In this document: piece by piece, positions 57,604-64,000 of the stretch
Position numbering within the stretch: the first letter of the stretch is position 1
Layout of the letters: each line of letters opens with the position of its first letter
Position numbers and translations under genes: made by a program
Sequence record: OP079919.1
Length of the DNA stretch: 64,000 nucleotides
Reading direction: 5' to 3' (one strand)
Notes under the pieces: model-generated
Told to the model about the DNA's origin: nothing
Seen by the model: the letters and a program-made list of their open reading frames with translations, nothing else
Database searches by the model: none

Positions 57604-58167
57604 ATGATCAATTGCTTGAGTGCCAATGAGTCAGAATTGTTTAAAAAGCAATGGAACGAATACGTAGAGGAAGGGCTTCCCGGACTCGATGAAAGAATGA
57701 AGGGCCCGATGCTGATCCTGAACGCAATACCTGGGGTAACGACCCGATTTTGTTGTTCCGGTCATACCTTTGAAGAAAGGCTATCATCTCACCCGACCAA
57801 AGTTTATTCTCGAGTACAGAAAAGGAATTTCATTTTTGTTGTTGAGGTGGCGCACCCAACCATTTTTTCAGTATTTGATAAGTTCTTTAAATCTTTAGAT
57901 GAGGACGAGTTTATTTTCTGCCGACCTTCTCTAGAGACCACTCTGCTTAAGAAAAACTTTGGTGGTCGTGAAGTATATCCGGTTTGGGTATTCGAAATGA
58001 ACTGGGTTTACGAACTTACCGAGGAGGAAAAAACAAAAGGGAGAGACGAGGTTCAAAAAGAACTGTGGGAGAGACTCCTCAGAGAACTTTTCCTTATTAC
58101 CTCCCCTGAAATTCGCAACGAATATTATTCCAGGTCGGTTTTTACTCATCCCCATCAACCTAGCTAA
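57604..58167 (+). CDS. Conserved phage hypothetical protein
   Basis: LN.IPGV.TRFCC.GH motif. Confidence 0.7.
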   Translation: MINCLSANESELFKKQWNEYVEEGLPGLDERMKGPMLILNAIPGVTTRFCCSGHTFEERLSSHPTKVYSRVQKRNFIFVVEVAHPTIFSVFDKFFKSLDEDEFIFCRPSLETTLLKKNFGGREVYPVWVFEMNWVYELTEEEKTKGRDEVQKELWERLLRELFLITSPEIRNEYYSRSVFTHPHQPS

Positions 58168-58181
58168 CTAGGGACTTTATC

Positions 58182-59291
58182 ATGTTTGATATCGGCATCG
58201 TCGTTGGTAAATTCGCCCCGCTCACTCAGGGTCATATCAACCTTATCACCCAAGCCTCCCTCCAGGCTAAGAAAGTTATCGTTGTGTTAAGTCACGACAG
58301 TCGCTGGTTAGCGCAACAATGTCCTCGTGATCAGAAGGCGTTGACGTTCACCAACCGTCTTCGTTGGTTACAGCAGCATTACGCCGATTCTGACCATATT
58401 GATATTAAATATATCATCGAAGATGACATCCCGGAATTCCCCAACGGATGGAGCGCTTACTGTAACCTCCTCAGGAAGATCTACACTGAGGAACAGCACA
58501 AGAAATATAAAGGAATCGGATCAGTCGACAACACTCGTCGGATTGCTCAGACCGTAGCCATTTTCAGTAGCGAAATCGATTACGATAAAGGCTACGAGGA
58601 GCATCTTCCTGAAGTCAGTCACGTCGTCGTTGACGCGCATCGTACGGCGGTTCCAATTAGCGCGACTAAAATTCGTGAGAATCTTTACGCCAACTGGGAA
58701 TACCTCCCTTCTATTGTTCGTAAGGACTACACCAAACGGATTGTCATCCTCGGTCAGGAATCTTGCGGTAAAAGTGTCATGGTCAAGAATCTGGCTAAGA
58801 TGTTTAATACGTCCTGGGTAGAGGAGTACGGTCGGACGTATTGTGAAACAGAGCTCTGTGGTTCAGAATCGACACTCCGTAGCGATGATTATCCTATTAT
58901 CGCTTATCGCCATAAGGAGCTGGAAATCCAGGCCATGCGCTCAGCCAATCGTATCTGCATCGTGGATACGAACGCGTTCATTACTGAATACTACCATCGG
59001 TTGTATGAAGGAAAACCTAACCGGATCGTTTCCGCAATTGCTGCTGAGGAAAACTACGATTTAGTTATCGTACTCAAGCCTACAGTGCCGTGGGTCGACG
59101 ACGGCCTTCGTAGTAATCCCGAAAGACAACGCACGACTGAACTATTTAATCTCATGTGTCTGGAGTTCCCTAATCAGCTCCCGGGAGGAAGAACGTTCTA
59201 TATTTCTTCCCCTGATTACAAAGTTAGGTTCGATCAGGCTTACGAGATTATCAAAACCTTTACCCAGCGTGTTAACTCAGGTGAATTTTAA
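58182..59291 (+). CDS. nadR: NadR-type NMN adenylyltransferase / ribosylnicotinamide kinase (no HTH)
   Basis: GKFAPLTQGH, ISATKIR, GQESCGKS, EYGRTY, DTNA, WVDDGLR. Confidence 0.92.
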   Translation: MFDIGIVVGKFAPLTQGHINLITQASLQAKKVIVVLSHDSRWLAQQCPRDQKALTFTNRLRWLQQHYADSDHIDIKYIIEDDIPEFPNGWSAYCNLLRKIYTEEQHKKYKGIGSVDNTRRIAQTVAIFSSEIDYDKGYEEHLPEVSHVVVDAHRTAVPISATKIRENLYANWEYLPSIVRKDYTKRIVILGQESCGKSVMVKNLAKMFNTSWVEEYGRTYCETELCGSESTLRSDDYPIIAYRHKELEIQAMRSANRICIVDTNAFITEYYHRLYEGKPNRIVSAIAAEENYDLVIVLKPTVPWVDDGLRSNPERQRTTELFNLMCLEFPNQLPGGRTFYISSPDYKVRFDQAYEIIKTFTQRVNSGEF

Positions 59292-59987
59292 ATGAAAGAA
59301 CTTTTTAGCGTAATCTATACTGATTTCCAGAGCGGATGGAGTCGTAAGGAATGGCTGTGGTTAGTCGTAGCCGTCTCGGCTGTTGTAGTTGGGAGTATCT
59401 CCGCTTCGCCACTGGAATTCTGGGCGGGTATATTCAACGTCGTCTGCGTTATTCTTGTTGCTAAAGGTCGACTCTCCAATTACTATTGGGGACTATTAGG
59501 GGTGGTTCTCTACGCGATCGTTTCCTACAAGCAACAACTCTACGGCAACATGGCGCTTAACGTCATTTACTTTGGATTCCAATTCTGGGGTATTTACGAA
59601 TGGCGTAAAACATTGCTGAATAAGACTGATGCTGGCGTTGACGTATCCGTTAAAAGACTGTCACTTCTCCAGTTCCTTCAGATGACGTTCGTTGTTTTGG
59701 CGGGGACCTTTGCAGTCAGTTTGTTCCTTCGTCATATCGGGGATAGCTCACCTGTATTAGATGCGTTTACGATGGTAGCGAGCTTAATCGCTATGGGCTT
59801 GATGGTTAAACAGTATTCCGAACAATGGTTACTCTGGATACTGGTCGATATCGCTTCTATTTACATGTGGGTCATTCCTGCTTTAGACCAACCTGGTTCT
59901 TGGTCCATGGTAGCGATGTGGACGGTCATCACCGGTAACGCGCTGTACGGCGCTTACATGTGGTTTATTGTTAAGATAAATAAATAA
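59292..59987 (+). CDS. pnuC: Nicotinamide riboside transporter PnuC
   Basis: Multi-TM; L.AKGR..NY..G, DAFT...S..AM.LM..QY.EQW..WI.VD; directly after nadR. Confidence 0.92.
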   Translation: MKELFSVIYTDFQSGWSRKEWLWLVVAVSAVVVGSISASPLEFWAGIFNVVCVILVAKGRLSNYYWGLLGVVLYAIVSYKQQLYGNMALNVIYFGFQFWGIYEWRKTLLNKTDAGVDVSVKRLSLLQFLQMTFVVLAGTFAVSLFLRHIGDSSPVLDAFTMVASLIAMGLMVKQYSEQWLLWILVDIASIYMWVIPALDQPGSWSMVAMWTVITGNALYGAYMWFIVKINK

Positions 59988-60012
59988 TTCCGATAATAGA
60001 GGATAAAATATC

Positions 60013-60714
60013 ATGCGTGAGAACTATGACATTAATGCCACTTCAGACGACGTCTTCTTTAATCACTCTAAATCATTTAAGCTGGTGAGCAAAGCGATTA
60101 AGAAGATCAGTTCAGCAAAATGGGAGGGGGTTTTTAGTGACCCTACCCAGAATGCTGCCCGTGGGTATGATGAAGGCCGGTTCGATAACATCCTCCGCGC
60201 AATGTATTCTGAAGATTTGGCGAGGGCCTTGGACTTTGCTATTCATCGCAACGAGATTGCCCGAATAGATATCGCCATCATGATGATGAAACCTGAAACC
60301 AAAATCGATTACCATTTTAGGCACGATATCCCCTATCGTCAATGGGGATATCTTAGTTTCCGATCTGATTTAACAATTGCCAGCGCGGATCAGCTCGACA
60401 GCAATCCCTTTTTCTTCACTACGCTCTTGCGGGAGCTCAAAAGAGCGGGGATTTACGATTACAACGTAAACGCGATCAGCGAGCTTTATCAACTTGTACA
60501 TCTGGCCTCTATCGCGCTGTCGTACACTGGTTTGAGTGGATTGGGGGAATCGGATTCCTACCAGAACGCAATCGGTGTCGCCATGCAGGTAATTCGTCGT
60601 TGGGGCGCGGGAGAGAGTTCTGAAGTTATGAGTGATCTTGATCGAGCCACTCAGATTTGGTCGCCTTCGGAATCGGACTATGTTAAGTTTTACGAAGAAT
60701 TGGTCATCGGATAA
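60013..60714 (+). CDS. Hypothetical protein
   Basis: GAGGA SD. Confidence 0.75.
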   Translation: MRENYDINATSDDVFFNHSKSFKLVSKAIKKISSAKWEGVFSDPTQNAARGYDEGRFDNILRAMYSEDLARALDFAIHRNEIARIDIAIMMMKPETKIDYHFRHDIPYRQWGYLSFRSDLTIASADQLDSNPFFFTTLLRELKRAGIYDYNVNAISELYQLVHLASIALSYTGLSGLGESDSYQNAIGVAMQVIRRWGAGESSEVMSDLDRATQIWSPSESDYVKFYEELVIG

Positions 60715-60813
60715 CGAAGCGTAATTAAATTTAATAGTATGGTCAGTCGACCTAGGTGAGAGTGATCTTGTAGGTTACTCTCATTCCTTTCGTAAATATC
60801 GGAGAAATAAAAA

Positions 60814-61329
60814 ATGGCTAAAGAAAACGTTGTTCGTATTCCACTGTATAATTTAGGTAATCTTTCTTGTGTAGGGTATCGAGAAGGGTGTGGGTATAAC
60901 GTTAAGGTTTATTGGGGTGATTATCTGCTGGCCTCTAAACCTAATCTCACCCAAGCACTCGACTTCGCTTATATCGGAGTTCGACTCTTCTCCCCGATTC
61001 ATAGTGAATGGTTAACCAACGATCTGCGCTTAACTATTTGTGAATCTTTGATAAAAGCCCGTTTATTAATTGATGGCAATCATAGCGTAGAGCGTTCTTC
61101 TGTTCTTTCAGAGGGATTCCTTAAACATTGGAAAACAGGTGAGTCTGGAGTAGACTATTATCTGGAAGTACGTCTTGCTAGAGACCCGGGTAAAATAGAA
61201 GACGACATCGTTCAAGTCACCTTAAAGTATGACAACGACGGGTGCAGCTTCACTCATAGCTTCAAGAAATACGCTTCCGTTTTCAACTATAAAGAACATT
61301 TAGGCCTTTTCAAACAAGTTACCCGCTGA
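60814..61329 (+). CDS. Hypothetical protein
   Basis: GGAG SD; followed by terminator. Confidence 0.75.
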   Translation: MAKENVVRIPLYNLGNLSCVGYREGCGYNVKVYWGDYLLASKPNLTQALDFAYIGVRLFSPIHSEWLTNDLRLTICESLIKARLLIDGNHSVERSSVLSEGFLKHWKTGESGVDYYLEVRLARDPGKIEDDIVQVTLKYDNDGCSFTHSFKKYASVFNYKEHLGLFKQVTR

Positions 61330-61336
61330 GTCATTC

Positions 61337-61369
61337 TAACTCCTACTCCCGATAAGGGAGTAGGAGTTA
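61337..61369. terminator. TACTCC-family hairpin, inverted copy
   Basis: 14-bp stem, GATAA loop (reverse complement of TTATC). Confidence 0.8.
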
Positions 61370-61444
61370 TTACACATGTAAATAAAAACAGACCTTTATT
61401 ATCTCTATGTGGAATAAACCATAATCTTTTTAGGAGCATGTAAC

Positions 61445-61747
61445 GTGAACATCTATTTAGTTAAACCAATGGAATTTACTGGCGACGAAGATATCAACGG
61501 TATGGTCGTTGTAGCACCTGACACCAACACCGCCTTGCTGACCCACCCTCATATCGACGCAGACGGCAATACCTTCGAATGGGAAGTCGAAACCAATTCT
61601 GAAGCTGGTAACTGGGTGGATGATGAGGGCCGAACTGACATCTTCCACGGCTGCGCTTGGCCGGCTCCTGATCGTTTACACTGTGTTCTGTTGGGCGTAG
61701 CCGCCGACGGGATGGAAGAAGGTATCGTGTTGGTCGATCGTGATTAA
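61445..61747 (+). CDS. Hypothetical protein, paralog of 54207
   Basis: GTG start; MNIYLV...VVVAPD...HP. Confidence 0.7.
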   Translation: MNIYLVKPMEFTGDEDINGMVVVAPDTNTALLTHPHIDADGNTFEWEVETNSEAGNWVDDEGRTDIFHGCAWPAPDRLHCVLLGVAADGMEEGIVLVDRD

Positions 61748-61757
61748 GGGGTAACGC

Positions 61758-62276
61758 ATGAAAGTCGTTAGATTTGGGAACCTGACCGTTAATAAAGATA
61801 ACAAGCTGGAGATAACACAGTTTAATTTTTCCAGTGAGTCCAACGGCGAACCCGTCACACCGGCTGGTATGGTGAAAGCTATTGTCAAATGGCTAAACAG
61901 TCATGTCGGGAACACCGATGGGATGTTCAATCCCATCAAAGACTTAAACGGAGTCCCGCTTATCGCAGGAGTAAATATCCCAATTGATCAATCCAAGTTG
62001 GTTATGCCTAAAAGTGTGGCTTTAGCCGAACTGGATCCTCCTGTTTTTAGCACCAACGAATATACGTTCCTGGAAGTAGAGGAACGCGTTTATCAGCTCA
62101 TAGCGATGCAAATAGGTATAACGCTCACTACCGAAATGGGTGTCATTCCTGGCTCGGTTGAACTGATTGATGTGGATGACTCTCGTCCACATCCCGACAA
62201 TGTCGTAGGTTACTGCCTGACATTAGAAAATCCACCGCGGTATTTCTTGAAAGTTAAGAATAAAGGAGTTCGGTAA
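61758..62276 (+). CDS. Hypothetical protein
   Basis: AAGGGG SD. Confidence 0.7.
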   Translation: MKVVRFGNLTVNKDNKLEITQFNFSSESNGEPVTPAGMVKAIVKWLNSHVGNTDGMFNPIKDLNGVPLIAGVNIPIDQSKLVMPKSVALAELDPPVFSTNEYTFLEVEERVYQLIAMQIGITLTTEMGVIPGSVELIDVDDSRPHPDNVVGYCLTLENPPRYFLKVKNKGVR

Positions 62277-63061
62277 TGTTAGAGACCCAGCTTAAAGATC
62301 GCCTGACCATCCTGAATACTTTCGAATGGTTTACCTACTTCTGGAATAAATTCGAGGAAGGCATGTATGATGTAAGGCGAACCATGCATAGCGCGTCGGT
62401 TGCGATTAATAACGGCGATTGTGCGGTAGCCGCCTTGGCAGTAGGTTCTGTTTTGAATCGTCGACTGGATGTTAACGTTGGAATGGCTCGCAACACTCTT
62501 CACGCCTGGGTCACTATCGGTAGCGATATCTTCGATACCGAATACCCCACAGGACACGATATATCAAGTTTTAAATCTAAATGGGGCGATCGTATCAGTG
62601 AGGTGGTTTTAACACCTGAGACCCTCGTAGAAGAGTTTATGCCGTGCGATCTGGTAGGCGCTTATCTCGTAAAAGAATTCTGCGGGATAATGTGTGAACC
62701 GCATCCTAAAGAAATCGATTTTCTCCTGAATAATCCTACCGAATACGAATCACGGGAGGGTGTTCACAAAATCGAAAAGGCTATTGCGTTCGCAGTAGAG
62801 GAAACTCTGAAAGCTCGCCGGGTAGTAACCACCATCAAACACGAGTCTTACTTCACTGCTAAAGAAGCCACGATGGATCATGAACTCAAAGATCACGTCA
62901 GGGATATCTATTCCGGTATTCTGATCTGCGTACTGGTGGATAAGAACGATTACAAAGTGATCGGAGAGTCTTATCGCAAAGGACCAGAAACAGAACGCAC
63001 ACTCCTGGCGAGATCAAGAGCCAAGTTTATCGCTCTGGATAAACTTAAAGACGTAGCGTGA
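62276..63061 (+). CDS. Fusion of a papain/transglutaminase-like Cys-His-Asp domain and an N4 gp49/Sf6 gp66-like domain
   Basis: INNGDC...HAW...IFD in the N-part; E.YFTA...ICVL...VIGES in the C-part. Confidence 0.55.
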   Translation: MLETQLKDRLTILNTFEWFTYFWNKFEEGMYDVRRTMHSASVAINNGDCAVAALAVGSVLNRRLDVNVGMARNTLHAWVTIGSDIFDTEYPTGHDISSFKSKWGDRISEVVLTPETLVEEFMPCDLVGAYLVKEFCGIMCEPHPKEIDFLLNNPTEYESREGVHKIEKAIAFAVEETLKARRVVTTIKHESYFTAKEATMDHELKDHVRDIYSGILICVLVDKNDYKVIGESYRKGPETERTLLARSRAKFIALDKLKDVA

Positions 63062-63086
63062 TCATTCAATTTTAGGAAATAAAATC

Positions 63087-64000
63087 ATGAACGAAGAAAA
63101 TAAAATCGCGATCGTTTCTCATGGGGAGGTTGTTGAGTTTGATCCTAACAACGCTGAGCATCGAAAGATTCTTGAGTCGGCAAATAGGAAACTTATAACG
63201 AACGAACTCTACCAGCGGGATTTAAAACGCTTTAAAGATCTGGTTTTGTTTTATCAAAGTGCGGTTAGCAAAGAAACCATCGATGATAAAATTGAGGAGT
63301 TCTTAAGGGCTACCGGGATAAGGTTGGACTATTCCGATCTGGCCATTTTTAACTACGGGTACCCGGACATAGATGGATACTTCGGTACTCTCTATAACCG
63401 CGCAATGGGGATTGAACCTCCTTCTGTGTCAGCTGATGAAAATCCGATTGTTGGACTGAAGGAGAAGAGCTTGGACCCTCAACATTCATCAACCAACACT
63501 GGCGGTGGGTTATTATACGGCATTCTGCTCCGTAAATTTAACCGTTTTATGCAGAACGTAACAGCCGACCTTTTATTATTAGTGGACGTAAAATCGTTAA
63601 CGGCACAATGCCGGATTGAGACAAACATCCTCAGAAAAATAGAGGGGTTTAATAAAGAAACAAATCTGGAACTGGATCGCGTCGGTATAGGTCGGTCAAT
63701 CGATGAAAATACGCAACCCGAGTATTTTAATGTTCTTTTCGCAGACCTAATTAAACGATCAGAAGAATTCAGAATACAGACGATCCCTCTTTCTGAGAAA
63801 ATTCGGTTTTATCAATCAGACTGTGGTGAAATCAGGATTGGCGGAATTGACAAATCTTCAGCGGATATACCGCTGGTGCTGGTTACCGATAAAGAAGGAC
63901 GGGTTCGTTGCCGTCAGGTCGGGGAACTATTGCGTGGCGACAAACCATTCCCATGTTTTATCTGTAACGGCTCGCCGGATAAAAAGGAATCAAGAAATGA
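63087..64000 (+). CDS. Hypothetical protein, truncated by window end (not in ORF track)
   Basis: TTTAGGA...ATCATG start; frame open for 304 codons to the edge. Confidence 0.75.
   Translation, partial: MNEENKIAIVSHGEVVEFDPNNAEHRKILESANRKLITNELYQRDLKRFKDLVLFYQSAVSKETIDDKIEEFLRATGIRLDYSDLAIFNYGYPDIDGYFGTLYNRAMGIEPPSVSADENPIVGLKEKSLDPQHSSTNTGGGLLYGILLRKFNRFMQNVTADLLLLVDVKSLTAQCRIETNILRKIEGFNKETNLELDRVGIGRSIDENTQPEYFNVLFADLIKRSEEFRIQTIPLSEKIRFYQSDCGEIRIGGIDKSSADIPLVLVTDKEGRVRCRQVGELLRGDKPFPCFICNGSPDKKESRN

Overview
Gene-dense, AT-rich, almost entirely plus-strand 64 kb segment of a large lytic phage, most likely a phiKZ-related jumbo phage of an Enterobacterales host. This assignment is inferred from rnhA, an hslU-like ATPase, phoH, folA, nadR-pnuC, degenerate head-protease-like domains and long palindromic terminators; no chimallin or RNA polymerase hallmark gene is in the window. 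The main feature is a set of nine tailspike/depolymerase-like genes sharing a ~50-60 aa N-terminal anchor: eight in tandem at 10196-26311 and one inverted at 28655-31225. Anchor subtypes occur as adjacent pairs that coincide with terminator-delimited units. Most units begin with a shared ATTT(T)ATG motif, and two pairs contain the same conserved intergenic stem element. The accessory regions carry candidate counter-defence genes: Acb1-like, two DUF2829/Tad2-like, a Cys-His-Asp domain fused to a gp49/gp66 (Acb4-like) domain, MazG-like, NadR-PnuC and QueC-like. They also carry an uncharacterised three-gene secreted module, tandem paralog families, a dispersed ACTCCT...AGGAGT hairpin family and a candidate structured ncRNA. 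No tRNA, rRNA, CRISPR array, integrase or reverse transcriptase was seen. All family assignments come from motif recognition by eye; no searches were run.
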